DNA of 62,885 bases, filler included, from Choristocarpus tenellus KU-1152 (GCA_964200185.2; 12 parts of 12 records of this genome joined end to end with filler, not necessarily neighbours in it), one strand, 5' to 3'; counted from the first letter of the whole stretch, positions 23,404 through 37,215 are shown. Translations and numbers: made by a program. The notes: generated by a model not told the origin, from the letters alone.

Positions 23404-26400
23404 TCATATATGATACACTAACACCTCTGACTGGTAGCAATGTACCCGATACCATTGTGTAAATGTATAACCCATCGGATGGAAACTGCATGAACATGGT
23501 AGTCGGACACCAAGGCAAGGTATACTGATGCACGAATCAGACACAAGAAACTCGACCCTTACTTCAACAAAAAAGTGAAACGACTGAAGCCCTATTTCAA
23601 TTGGTGGGCGGAGTCGAAATGACATTCCTTTCCCTTCTCCCACCACTCTACAAGCTTCGGGTATGCCTCGGTTACAAGGTGCCAAAGATTTAGGCGCGTG
23701 GAGTACCTGTCGTTCCATGGTTTGAACTTCACAAGGCTCATGAAGATGGCCTTCCTTTGACGGAGTGTTTCCACATGATCCGGACGCAACATGCTGCTGG
23801 GCTTCCCTCCACGACCGCTGAGGTTTAGCTGTGTGGGCTCATGGACGTAGCAGTCATCCCCGAATACAAGAGTTTGGCCGCTCTACCAGCCTTCACGAGC
23901 ATAAACCCATCGTCGGATATGACCTGGGTTAGGATCTGTGTCTGCACTCTGTACACCAAAGATGCAGGTTTTGTTGCCGATCATAGGAACTCAGTAACGC
24001 ACGCCTCCATGAAGGCATTGGTGATCCCCACGACGGATGCATTGCCGGAGTTGATCGCGTCCTGTGTGACGCTGTCGTCATCACCATGTGCGGATGTTTC
24101 GTCATCATCCTCATGCCTGGTATTAGATGGCGCTGCATTTTCTGCGTCTCCGCCCTTTCTGGCAGAAGCCAAGATGTCCGCAAAAAAGCTGGGTTCTAAA
24201 TCACGTCCGTCATTTCCACGAGGTTATTTGAACGGTCTGATCCGTCCAACACCTTCTCCCAACCTCTTCTTCCTAATGACCGTCGTTTTGGCCTTCCCTT
24301 TGCGGAAGGCTTGTCCTTATGTGAGGAACCTGATGATGTCAAATCAACCCTTGGTGTTGTTGACTTGGCATGGGCGTATTCCACACTTAGCTCCACAGTA
24401 TTGTCATTCCTGTTCCCTCTACTTGTTGGGTTGGGATCGACGGAGTCGTCGCCGCTGCTGCCCGCCACATGGACGTTTGGGGACATTCCGGGTCACTCCT
24501 GACAAGCATGGACTCTGCGTCCGTGCCTAGCCGCCCCCCCACGTCCTCCTGGACATCTTCCTCTGGACATGACAAAGCGCTACAATCAGGCCGGTCCCCA
24601 TCGCCTTCAGAGGATGTGGTTGGATGCCTTCCCCCATTGAGTGTCCCACTTCCCGCACCTACTGTAGGGTTAGGCGACGGCATCTCCTGTTCCTCTTCAT
24701 CACCTAGAGGGTCGAGTCCACCACAATGTTTAGGGGTGGATACACCACCAGCTATCGGTATCTTCAACAGCGCAAAATCGTAGAAGGTGGAGAGTCCGTC
24801 GATGAGGAGTTGGATACGAGCCAGATTATGGTTGTCCCCGAGGGCGGTGCATGTGATTACAATACCTCCTGGTCGGGTCTGGAGAAGGGCAGGGTGACTG
24901 CTCTCTCGTGGGCGGCGCTCGTTTCTGCCTTGAACGTGTGGATGTCGTGCTCGGACGTGGCGTTTTTCTCTGGCGTAATCACAATGCTTGTGACTCGGGT
25001 TAGCTCTGAAATGGTTGATGAGTAGGCAAAGGACGAGGCGAAGTAGGAGGCAAAACAACGGGAAGAAGGGCGAGATGGAGGAGGCAAAGGATGAGGCAGA
25101 GGTTAGTGATAAGGAGTAAGCGAAGGAGGATATAGAGGAGGAGGCAAAGGCTGAGGAAAAGACGGAAGGAAAGGAGTACGTGCCATTTGACATACTTGGG
25201 CGGATTCTTTGAGCCCATAAATCAGGAAGACAAGTAGGGCTTGTAACATAGGGTCAAGAGGATGCGTATAGGACTATAGGGCATGAACCATGACATAATT
25301 TCCCGGTCTGCGCTGGGTTGTGACAATTGACACAACGCAGCGAAAGTATGAGTAAATCTGTTCGATGAGCATCTTTGGAACATAAAAAACTCGAGAACCC
25401 CGTGCAAGTGTACAGTGTGAAACTGTCCAATGTTGGTAAGATCTGTGAGAGTCGAGGTGGTGTGTTTGGTGTAGGGAACGGTGTGTGATGTTCACGTATG
25501 GTGACGTTGTACAATGATGCAATTGCTTGCCTTCATGTTCGCCACTGGTGTTCAGGGTAACGCCCTCTGAGTATTTGACAACATTCAGGAAGACTGTAAC
25601 TTTTAACCTTTCGATTTTATGGGATACAATTAATGTGCGCGATCACAGCGTTTATTGTGAAATGACTTGTTACGAATTCAAACACATTGGACAGATGAGA
25701 GGATGAACCTGACACTCCCTTGGTTACCTCTTCGCTCAGGACGTATCGTTTCTTTGGACGATACACATGTACAACTCGTCAATTTAAGTTCAGTCTGTGA
25801 AGCCAGGGGTTAGTACAGTGTTGTTGGACCGTTAGTGATGGAATATTGGATGTCGAAGTGTCGAGATGGCTGCACTGCGCTTACGCTGGAGTCGTCGCGT
25901 TTCTTGTGTTCTCTCCACACACCGAAAAGGATGTCCTCCAACTATTTTATTTCTGGTGGAATATAGTGAGGGGAAGAAAGGGATTGGGTTAGTTGGATCA
26001 CTGACACCGAATTAATATGGATATGAGTGACGAAAGTAGGCGATGCTTCATAATCTTTTCACGAATCGTTTCCTTGGAAGGAGCCGTGACAACCTCACCT
26101 TCTCCCGCGCATATGAGTGAAAGTATCTTAGAGGGTAGTAGTTTTGCCCTGTTTGTCCATTTGGGGCTTGGCTTCCCATGGGTTCTTTTATGACACTTTC
26201 CTACCCCAAAATGTTTAGGAGTAGTTAAAATGTGTGTCCGGAACATGGATACTGACACTTTCTAACCAACACAACAGCCAAAATTACATAGAAAATGGAA
26301 ACATTGGAGTTTGACCCCTAATGGACGCGGCCATACCCTCTAAGATACTTTGGCTCTATCTGTACAAGAGTGGTAATCGAATTGTAGAACTTGGCGGATG

Positions 26401-27362
26401 TTTGGTCGCCAAGTCTTCTCATCCTGGTTTCAATGAATGTGTCCTCCCACGCTTCCGTGCCTTTATTTTCGAAGCAACTCTCCTCCTTATTGCCGTCTGG
26501 AACGCGGCGTCGGCACTCCGGAAGTCTATGTCTCCCAGACAGTATTGGTTGCATCGGGTTAGCAATGTCGTCATGCGCGTGCAACGATCAGAGTCCTCAC
26601 CCGTATCCTGTAGGTAGCGGCGAGACCTATCACACCTGAATTCGTGCTTATACTCCATGATAGCTGCAACCCAACACACCATCCAATGGAATATGTCAAG
26701 GATGTTAGGCACGTGTGATCTGCTAGCCACCACACTCTCTTCTATCGATATGGATTCAGCCTTCGCGCGACTGCAGTGTGGAAATATGTTCCACATGAAC
26801 CTCCTGTGCTCGCCTATCTGGAGGTTTGCTCCAACGTCTGAGGCCATCGCGTTTTGACATCGGCTGCGAGCTTGATGCTACATGGATATTATCCTCCTTT
26901 GCCACGCACTCGATGGCCCTCAAGAGCATGATCCTATGTCGTCCATTCAGACAAAACACGACGTTATCGTTGTCGTCCGGATCCCTAGCGTCGCCAACCT
27001 CATCTAGTTCCAGATTACCGTTTGCAATGTAGTGTGCGAGCAGTTCGCTGTCAGGCACATAAGAGGGTTCCTTTGCTCTGTGCATTTCGCCCTTGAACTT
27101 ATGGATCGTTCTCCATTGCGAGCACAAAGAGAAAGGCTATCCACTCAGGATCCCCGCGACCTTATCGGCGGCGACTTGTTGGTCCGGACCCAGCTTTGAA
27201 AACATTGAATCTACCCTGTCCTTATCAAGGAGATTGGCATTGTACCTCTGGGACAAGAAAGTAGATGTGGCCAGGTCGATCGTACGGGTCGCGCTGAGGT
27301 TTGACGCGATCAACTCTGTTGTCTTTTCCTCTTCAGGTTTCTTTTGGCCTCCGGCCGACTGC
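23404..27362 (-). pseudogene. Large decayed gene of unknown function with an N-terminal ParB/Srx-like motif
   Basis: ORFs 27137-27496 and 26756-27127 are in one frame, separated by a single TAG, and contain VFCLNGRHRIMLLRAI. The frame then shifts into ORF 26419-26847 and is hit by a MITE at 26115. Further broken minus-strand ORFs run down to about 23404. A polypyrimidine-CAG acceptor precedes 27362. Confidence 0.5.
26115..26356. mobile_element. MITE family B, full copy inserted in the decayed gene
   Basis: Both TIRs present, with TSD TAT. Confidence 0.93.
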
Positions 27363-28169
27363 CTGAGAAGGTAGGGGGGATATTTTATGGTAACGATATC
27401 AGCAAATGAGAAGGATGTCAATGCAGGGACGGATGCTATTGTTGGGCGATGACAGCAAGGGTATTGTTGTATAAACAGTGACAGAGTATGTGACAAATGA
27501 TGACGGGATCTGTAGGGAGTGCAAGGTTCGTGTCCATGCGTGGGCTAGGCAAACGTGAGACGATATGAGCGAAGTGCTGCTGTCGTCATGAGGGCGGCGT
27601 AGCGTTTTCCGTGGAGACTGCTATTTGCGAACGTGCGTCAAACAGTAAACCCCGCCGACATGGAAGGAATATTGAACATGAGAACACACCAATAACGTAC
27701 GCAGATGAAAAGGATTTACGCGCCAACTTGGGTTAGATGTCGGGAGGGCAACCATGCACAGATTTGTGTTTGACATAGGCCTGACACTAATGAAGAAATT
27801 TGATGTGTTATGTCGGACGGTAAGGGCCATCAATTTCGAAAGCAAGGCAAAACGGATGGGGGTGATGTGTACCGATTTGGAACAAGTATGGAAAGCAGGA
27901 ACACATTAAGTTGAACCGCGAAAGTAAAAGCATGAATGCACCAGTTTGAAACGAATATGGCAGTTTTGGAAGGTACTTCGAAGTAGAAATTGATACATTC
28001 TGCCGGTTGGCATCAAATTCTAAAGTGAGGTTACCGCGGTTCTTATATAAAGCTACGCGCGCGTGTTGCTACCAACGCGCGAGGTAAATCGAGATTACGT
28101 TGCGACGCGATACGAACCTTATCGGAAACGTTCCAGTCGTATTGGAGCCCCTAAAACGTGCGTATCAAT

Positions 28170-28428
28170 GAGTGAAAGTATCTTAGAGGGTACGAGTTTT
28201 GCCCTGTTTGTCCGTTTGGGGCTTGGCTTCCCACGGTTTTTTAATTATATTTTCCTACTCCAAGAATGTTTTGGAGTAGTTAAAATGTATACGTTATGAA
28301 AAGGTGTGTCCGGAACAAGTATATTGACACTTCCTAACAAACGCAATAGCCAAAATTACATCAAAATCACAACTTTGGATTTTGGGCCCCAAATGGACGC
28401 GGCTCTACCCTCTAAGATGTTTTGACTC
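28170..28428. mobile_element. MITE family B, full copy
   Basis: Both TIRs present, with TSD AAT. Confidence 0.93.
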
Positions 28429-29041
28429 AATGGTGTCACCACGTGGCATTCGACTGACGGATGTTGTGGTGCGTGGAATTGGATCGTGGATTCCTAGTTA
28501 TATTTCGGATCAGTTGTCTGATTACTCTCAAAAATATGCCACTGCAACCCATGTTCCAATTTCGGTTAAGTTCGGTTGAATTCACTGGAATTAATTCTGA
28601 CAGTAGCCACTGCATTGCCAGTTCGTCGACATTTTACATGTAAGGAAAAATCAGTCTTTTCGCGGATTGGGTTGAGTGTTTGAGATGTAGGTAATTAGTG
28701 TTGGTTAGGGTTTGTGTGTAAGGATCATGGGTGTTGCCTTCAGGGCTTACAAATGTGACAATTGTCAGCATCTTGGGTGGGTGGGGTGATTACAGTAGGA
28801 TGGAGGCTTTGGATGGTGGGCTGCCGACAGGGTATGTTGTGCGAGGTGCTCTGACATGGGAGTAAAGAGATTGCACGAGCTTAGAAATCGCCACAGATGC
28901 ATACGGTATTTCGACGTCCGGTCGGTGTTGGGTTTGGACCAACGTGAAATACGGTCGGGGTAAGCGACACTGGCACTGCTAGTGGCAGACGGTTTATGAA
29001 TGGTTTCGATCAAACAAATTATAGATGCTGGAGTAGTGATA

Positions 29042-29306
29042 TTGGTAATACCACAATTGACAGCTGGTGTGTACACTGTTTTAATGTCGATAAATACAGG
29101 GGCATCGGATTTCAAAATGTTAGTGATACCACTACTGACAACTGGTGTGTACACGGTTATAATGGTAAGGAATATAGGGCCTCGAATTTGAAAATGTTGG
29201 TGATACCACTATTGACAGCTGGTGTGTACCCGGTTATAATGGTGATAAATACAGAGCATCGAATTTGAAAATGTTGGTGATACCACTACTGACAGCTAGT
29301 TTGTAC
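29042..29306. repeat. 77-78-bp tandem repeat x3.4
   Basis: TTGGTGATACCACTA.TGACAGCTGGTGTGTAC... starts at 29042, 29120, 29197 and 29274. Confidence 0.95.
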
Positions 29307-29374
29307 GAGTCAAATTATCTAAGAGGGTAGAGCCGCATCCATTTGGGGACCAAAATCCAATGTTGCAATTTTGA
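29307..29374. mobile_element. MITE family B, one end only (contig end)
   Basis: GAGTCAAATTATCTAAGAGGGTAGAGCCGCATCCATTTGGGG... Confidence 0.88.
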
Positions 29375-29959
29375 NNNNNNNNNNNNNNNNNNNNNNNNNN
29401 NNNNNNNNNNNNNNNNNNTTAATTAATTAANNNNNNNNNNNNNNNNNNNNNNNNNNNNNNNNNNNNNNNNNNNNCACCATTTTCGGTCAAACCTATCCTC
29501 AATAGTACGCTCCATCCTCAATTTTTAAAATCCCCTGTTATCTGTAGAAAGTCTACTGTTTCTACAACATTTCAAAACTTTAGAGGTTGAAGGATTTGGG
29601 AATGTATCTAGATGTCTGTAGTGCAAGGTTTTCCAAGACTTTCTGTAGGTGGACAAGAGGGAGTCCTGCATAGTCACTCCTAATTTCAACCCGACTTGAA
29701 GTTCCAATCGAAGGGACAGGTGTGAGTGTGGTTTAGCCACAAATCCTAAGTGGATAATAAGAGAATATTTTGAACTTTTGTTACATGCCTGAGACTCAGA
29801 ACAGTCAAAGGAGAGAGCCAATTCAGTTAACATCGGTCAATTTGAATGTGCTTTGAGGTGAAAGCCAGCGTAGGCAAGTTATTTTGTCGTTGGTTCACAA
29901 GGAGTTGGGATGTCTTGTGAAGGTGGAAATATAAATAATGAATGGAGCAGCTCGCTGAG

Positions 29960-31260
29960 ATCATTGTGGCTGTATCTGCAGCTCAACAACAGCGAAGGGA
30001 CTGTCGAGAAGGGAGACCGTGAACCTGAAAATCAAACTGCCGAGCTTCTCAGGAGAACAAGAGGATTGATGGAACTGGCACAATGTGTACCTGGCACAGA
30101 CCAAATCTCTCGGGTGCGTGGAGGCGTTCGATGTAATGGAAGAACAAGATATGAAAGTCGGGTATAGACCCAGAGCGACTATGCCAGGCTGAAGTAGCAC
30201 GGGTATGACTCGGCGCCATATGCAAGGTAGTCGCTTTCAAGATAGTGCATAGTGCCAGATACCTTGATGACATCTGAATCAATACTACCGTACAGAGGGT
30301 TTCAGCGAGCAGCTCTGTCTCTTCTTCACAAATTCAACTCCATGAAAATGGAGCGAGGTGAAGACCCGAAGAACTTCAACCTGCAGCTCAACAGTGTCGC
30401 CTAATGCAACTCGGGATGCCTATGACTGAGGACTAGATCAACATGGCACTCATGAGTGGACTGTCCAACAAGTACGAGATTAAATAATTCTCGCTGTAGA
30501 TATGCTGATATGTGCGAAAACGACAGAGTCGTCACTCAACTCTATAAGAGGATTCGGTCAGAAACATCTGAAGTTGAACCAAACGAGCTGGGTGTTGGGG
30601 AAGGGGGTGATGACAACGTATTAACAATGCCGTAAGGCAGGACACACCACCCGGCAGTGCAAGAGGTGTCAGGAAAAACGTATTTTTGGGGGAATTGTTT
30701 CCACTGTGGAACGTGTGGGCATCACCATGAAGACTGCCTCAGCAAAGCAAAAAACGGCGGAGCAACTAATGGTTTCAACAATAATAAGAAGGCCGGTGGG
30801 TGCTGTATTTGTGAGGATTCAGGAGTACACATGGCAAAGAAGTACCCTCCTTGGACTGATAAGTACTAGCGGGTGCTACTTCTGTGACGATGGGCACAGT
30901 TTCAGCAAGTCCTCACAAAACAGGAGAGCAGCAAAGATGGGCTGTGGATTCTGGAGCAACGGAGTACCTAAACTCGGATCCGACGACATAAGAGAATCAC
31001 AGAACGGCAAGGGTGGGCAACATCGTGGAAATTGCTGATTGGATATTACTGGTTGTTGAGGGTTATGGTAGTTTGGAGCTTCTGACCTAGCAATCTCATG
31101 GAGTTAGGACTCCCACTCTGCAGAAGGTCGTCCATGTACCCGAACTGGGCTGCAACTTGCTTTTCGGTGTATCAGACGTCAAAAACACCTAGCAAATTAA
31201 TCGCCATCTATCCTGACAAGTTTCTCCTAAGAAGCGACAAAAGGGGAAGTTTAGGAAGTA
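29960..31260 (+). mobile_element. Decayed Ty1/copia gag-protease region
   Basis: UBN2-type gag (KFNSMKMERGEDPKNF, ALMSGLSNKYE), a CCHC knuckle (CFHCGTCGHHHEDC), the protease motif WAVDSGATEY at about 30944, and LQKVVHVPELGCNLL. Many stops and frameshifts. Confidence 0.88.
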
Positions 31261-32011
31261 ATCTGAGTAAACTTTTTGAAGCGTGAGGATTCGAAAAGGG
31301 GGAATACTTATAGTTTGCTGAGTTTTGGCAAGGATAGAATGAAAGAACAGGAGGGTAGACGAAAAGTTAAAGACAGATTGGCTGGGAGGCAGATCATGTG
31401 GTCAAGAAGTTGAAGAGTAATGAGGGGTAGGCGAAGAATATGGTTAGGAAGGACTGGGGCAGAATAAAAGGTTAGAGCTGAGGGCGAAGTAGGAAGACGA
31501 CAAGGGGCACCTGACGAATTGGTTTGAAGAAGCCTACTAGTTATTGGGGGGGAGGATGACCTTAACGCTAATAAAAGTGTAGGTTTGTGTATGGTGGGAA
31601 CTGGACATGGATAATGAAATTGACAAGAGTCGGACACATTGCACGGTTATATCCAGGTCAATCCAGAAAAAAACGGATAGTGGAGGACTGAGCGGGATGC
31701 TATGGTGGGTAAAAAAGGGATGTATACGTAAGTTTGTAGTCGGGTCTATTACAAAAGTGGTGGGTCGGGTAGCTGTCGCAGTTAATGTCAATATTCAAAG
31801 ACATCAACTTTAAATATCGATAGGTGGGTGCACACACCAGGGCGACAAAGGGTTGATTAGACCACTGAAGTTATTGTCACGGGGGCAGATGGGGTATGGG
31901 CTAGCTATAGAGTGTGCCGTTTCTGTAACTGACACTGTTATCCCATGGTGTCCATGATAAAAATCAAATATATGGGTCAGGGTAAATAGTAGTTTGCCTG
32001 AGACGCCATAA

Positions 32012-32241
32012 GAGTGAAAGTATCTTAGAGGGTACGAGTTTTGCCCTGTTTGTCCATTTGGAACTTGGCTTCACACGTTTATTTTAATGACATCTTCCTA
32101 CTCCAAAATGTTTAGGAGTAGGTAATATGTATACTTTATGAAAAGGTATGTCCGAAAGATAGATATTGACACTCCCTAACAAACACGATAGCCAAAATTA
32201 CATCAAAATCGCAATATTGGGTTTTGGTCCCCAAATGGACG
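32012..32241. mobile_element. MITE family B, truncated by contig end
   Basis: 5' TIR and nearly all of the internal sequence are present. Confidence 0.92.
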
Positions 32242-32454
32242 NNNNNNNNNNNNNNNNNNNNNNNNNNNNNNNNNNNNNNNNNNNNTTAATTAATTAANNN
32301 NNNNNNNNNNNNNNNNNNNNNNNNNNNNNNNNNNNNNNNNNGGTTGAATAAGAATAATCCAATGAATCAGGGGGTGGTGGGAGAGGGGGGGAACTTCCTC
32401 CACAGAGAGCACTGAGACCCTATGGAAAGACCCGCCTCGAACAACTTCCCTCAC

Positions 32455-35400
32455 CTTTCCACCCCAAGGGCCACTAGCGGAATGCCACGTGTCCTAGCCA
32501 TGTGAAGCACAGGAAGATACGACTCGAATGGAAATAGGGACCTTGCTTCCCACTGCGTGTCCCGCTTGAGTTCCGCATCAGCCTCCTCAGTAGCCTTTTC
32601 CTCCCCCGGGCTCGATTGTGCTTTACCCCCACTTGCAATATACGCATCCAACGCTGGCTGAAATTGCCGCTCCACCTGCGAGACAGTGTGCCATGTGTCA
32701 CATGGTACGCACAAAGAGGCATGGTTCCTTCATCCTCTAAAGAAAGATATCATCATAGATAGAATCCCCGCTTGTTTATACTTAGATTTATTTATTTTTT
32801 AAGGCTTGTCTCCACCAATTAAGGCAATAATGATAGCAGTACCATACGAAATGCGTGGTGATGGTCTCTGCACAGCACTCACTAACTCCTCCATCATTTG
32901 AAAAAAGGGGCACAACCATTCTACACAACACAACTTATGCACACATACTAAACATTCAATAAGGGTGGGTCAGTACCTGAGAACAAGGGTTGACTTCCAC
33001 CTTAAGGACAAATGATATGGAGCAATGTTGAAGGCTAGACAATCATTAGGCCCATTGACACTTGTGCCAAAGATGTAGCACTCCAGCAGTGTCCAAATCA
33101 TCAGTAGCCGTGGTTTCAAAACACAATATTACTGATAGTAAGGCTGTTTGTGGTGACATTAGGCGGAATTATGCCTGTTGGCAGTTTCATGCCTGTAACA
33201 GGAGGCATTGAATAGTAATTGATGCTCCATTGTTGGCAAGATTACTTCAAGCAAGCATTGCTAGAATCTAAACAAGAGTTTTCACATGCCATATCACCCT
33301 CACAATTGAGACATGATGCACAAAAAGCAACATCTTCACGAATTGAAAGGCGTGTATGTCACACTCCATCTATAGGATGATACTTTCAAGCTGCAACTTC
33401 CACAATCCTATCCCAAGCCCTCAATCTTGGCACATATCGTTCTTTCAGCTTATAACTAGAATATGGGCAGTAGGATTGGGGGGAAGACTGGGGAGTGGGG
33501 GGATATGGAAGCACCTGCTCGAGGCCAATGGCCAACTTATTCCTGAGTTGGTTGGCAATGCGCCCCATCAGCTTAGCCGCCAGCACATGATCTGTATCGC
33601 TTGCACCGTGTGACCCAAAAAAGACCAACTGCTGCATAGAAAGTTCCTTGATTATGCGATCCTTTCAAGATGCAGGGGGTGAAGGTACGCAAGAGGCTAT
33701 ATGATTTGGGAAGGGGAGAGGGGGGCTGATGTATGTATAACCCTCGTGTCTACATGTTAAGCTGATCTGTTTTGCTGATGATCTCTAATCAAACAGATGA
33801 AACAATATTAAGAATGTCACTCTGTAACCTCTATGTAGAAAGAAGCAGACAGAACCACACTAAGAGTACAAGGCAAGTCTAGATGTATTGTCCCTCGAGA
33901 GTATTCAAAAGGCAAGAATGAGGGGGCATCTAATTTTTCATCCTTCTACTGTGCTACAACTCTTGGTGGCGACTTGATATTGCAGGAGGAGAGATTCAGT
34001 GAAGTCATTGCTGCAGTAGCAAGGCCCAACCATTGTTCCTTCAAACAGGATGGCACATATTCCTCTAGACCTAGCGCTGATCTTGCCCTGCACTCTTAGG
34101 GTTTGCACTAAGGACGCTAAACACACACACACCTTGCACAGGTACAATGTTTTGGGAGAATAGGTAGTTGGATGTGCAACATATCTGCCCCAGTACTTCC
34201 TCAAGTGCCTTGAAGCATTGAGTTACTGGTGCATAATTCAGGTCCAATGTACAGTGTAAGTCTACTGCTGCATTAGTGCCTGGCAGTAAGAGTTCTTCCA
34301 CTTGTACAACAAAGTTTGATAAGTTTCAAGACCAACACCACATCCAAAGAGAGGAATAGAAAAACATGCTGTGCCAAAGGTTGCATAAAGCGGGGTTGAT
34401 ATGCACACATGAGTAGCCAAAGGTGAAATTCATGCAGCAACACGTACATCTCAATGCCTTTGAAGTGCAAGTAGATACTAGTGGTTGATATGCAAGGGAT
34501 AGGCAAACTAGGCAGAGAGAAGCAAGCTATAACGGTTGATTACAAGCGCTTTTGTAAGCATCTGTGAAGTATACTTACTTTGAGTAGCACATACAACAGG
34601 AAAACCTGGCAAAACGCAGCAGCTCACAATTCATTGTGTGACTGGCAATAACTTCACTATAAAAATTTCGATAAAGTCCAGTGTTTCACACTCTAGAAGT
34701 GGAAAGGGGTTTAGAGTGCATAACACAGAAATGTGCTGTCTTGAGCAAGCAAAGGTATAATATAGTCATCCCTTGCATCTATGGATAAGACCCACTTTCT
34801 ACACGCCACCACGTCTAGAAATTACAAGGTCCGCAAGGGGTAAAACCTTAACCCTCCTGAGCCCAGAGGAGGTTTATCACAGGCTTGGGCGGATCACAAC
34901 GTATTCTTAGGGCTGGTATGTACAATACAATACGAGAAGGCATTACAGATCGTTTTATAAAAGAAAGAATTAGCAAGAAAGCCTGGAAGCCCTAACTCTA
35001 AGTCTCATTTATCAATTAAGGTGCACAACACCAAGGTAGTTGTACAAATGGATCGCACATAGCTCCAATTGCTAGATCCCACCCCCCAAAAAGATACGTG
35101 GTTGAAATGCAACATGTGGCCATGGGGCTTGGTATTCTTTTGACTCGATAATAAGAATCGGCATGTATCAAGAGCAGAGGAAGCTAGAGTAGACCGATGG
35201 TATCTCTCTGACAGTAAGTCAACCCATCCAACTATTCCCTTTCACAGTGACGAGAAAAAAACAAGAGTTGGATACCGCGACCAATATGCTCTGTACAGGA
35301 TCGCTCCCGCACGCAAGATAATTCTCACCTCCAAATCATGCGGGAAGGGGACAGTCGTGGGGGGGTCGGTGTAGTCCACCCGGTAAGCTAGGGGTCGTGG

Positions 35401-35850
35401 TGACCGGAGCCCGTCTGGGTTGTCCTCTGGAGGGATATCGAACTTCCATTTGTCATCGAACCCGAATTCAATCCCCCCGAGGTCGATGGCCTGGGCGGTG
35501 GAAGGTGCAAGAATTGAAGCAGCAGCAGCAGCGATCGCTGCACCTGCACCTCGTAAGAACTCTGAACGCGTCTCCCCATTACTATTGATGCACTCTGACC
35601 GTAGACCCCCTCCTTCGTTGCCCCCCATGGAGGACACGGTCATTGCCATCGTGCGTTGTGCCCCCCTCTTCAAGCCTCGACTGTCGACAAGCTTATTGCT
35701 AATCCTCGGGGGCGAGAAAGCTACAGCCCCCTGAGAAAAGAAAGCAGGCATTGCAAAAAATGCAACAAACAAACCTCGACCAGATACCAGTCTAACATCT
35801 TCTTGGCATCGACCAAGATGAGGCCGAGGTCGCCTGACTCCCGGAGTCAT
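32455..35850 (-). CDS. Plastid-targeted ChaN / Tiki-superfamily haem-binding protein; exons 35850-35329, 33661-33515, 32675-32455; 3' part missing
   Basis: GT-AG introns with in-frame joins give PFPHDLE|DRIIKELSMQQLVFFGSH...KLAIGLEQ|VERQFQPALDAY...YLPVLHMARTRGIPLVALGV, which are ChaN motifs. The N-terminus has a hydrophobic stretch plus AVA-FSP (ASAFAP-like), then TRSEFL, an Ala-rich helix and AQA. Confidence 0.85.
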
Positions 35851-36955
35851 GTTCGTGACAGAATTTATAGAATGGTGTCTAGGTACACGGGTATCTGACG
35901 TAGGAAGGGCCTCGATGGTGCTGTTCTCCGCTTCCTTCAACTTGTAACATGTGGGCAATGAAAGAGATATGTGTACATATTGTCGTGGTTTTGGTTGTAG
36001 ATTGATTAAACATGTTACCACCGACGGGGATCATATTCGTCGGTAGATAGTACTAAAATGGTAAGTCCATACCTTCTCACAAATATCCATCTGAACGTTC
36101 GATGCCATCAGTGAGTAGTGCGCCTGTGTAAGGAGGGAGAGGGATATATTTTTCTAAATCACGACTCGTCCGAAGCGAAGTGTCGGCAACGGGAGGATGA
36201 GAGCAACAAAAGCCGAAAGAATTAAGGAGAAGGTACATGTAACGTTGCTAGCAGAGAATATCGCTGGAGGCAAGGAAACACGAAGTCCCCATTCCTATTA
36301 TTCGCATGAAATGGCAGTGGGTAACAACGGAGCTGCAAAGGTTCTCAGGATCTGAAGAAGGGAGGGTTGTGGAGAGTGTAAACAGCAGAAAGATCTTGAC
36401 GACACCTTTGTAGTTGCGAACACATGAATTTCACACCAAAAGTATTAGTATGCAGAGAACTTCACGACAACGATGGGGTTTTTTTTAGAGTGACTGTAAG
36501 TACAATGTTCCTTGGCTTGTTATTTGCATGGTCAGATATTGTTGCTCGATTGTTTTCTCCTCGTTTCACACCCTATGCTAAGCAAGATCAAAAGAATGGG
36601 TGCCATGGATTAATCCACATTGCACTCAAATACAACGTCAGCACTGTTTGTACATGGTGCAGATCTTAGAAATGAGCGTCTTGTCAGAACCGGCACAAGC
36701 CGAGCTATCTATTGCCTTCCAATACCGTTAACTTTCCCCTATTATGGCTCCTCCTGTTGGCCAGCATGCTCTATTTGGGATAGTGACCTTACCGAAGTGA
36801 ATTGTGTGAGAAATCTTTCCATTCGAGATCCTCAGGCCTTCTTAACGTACAGTGCATAAGAAGCACCGTTGATGGGGCCATGGGACTTGTTCGTTCATGA
36901 TGGACTGGAGTACGTGCCCAGTTGATTTTGCACCCATCGCTTGCCTTCTCTTTCT

Positions 36956-37215
36956 GAGCCAAAGTATCTTAGAGGGCAGAGCCGCGTCCATTTGGGGGCC
37001 AAAGTCCAATGTTGCAATTTTGATGTAATTTTGGCTATTGTGTGTGTTAGGAAGTGTCAATGTCGATGTTCTGGACACACTTTCTAATAACATACACATT
37101 TTACACACTCCGAAACATTTTGGAGTAGGAAAATGTCATTAAGAAACCCATGGGAAGCCATGATCCAAATGGACAAAACAGGGCAAGAATCGTACCCCCT
37201 AAGATACTTTCACTC
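36956..37215. mobile_element. MITE family B, full copy, reverse orientation
   Basis: Both TIRs present. It is flanked by TTCT on both sides (4 bp rather than 3). Confidence 0.92.

Noticed and set aside
23841-24530. 229-aa plus-strand ORF
   Set aside because: It looks like the antisense shadow of the decayed minus-strand gene.
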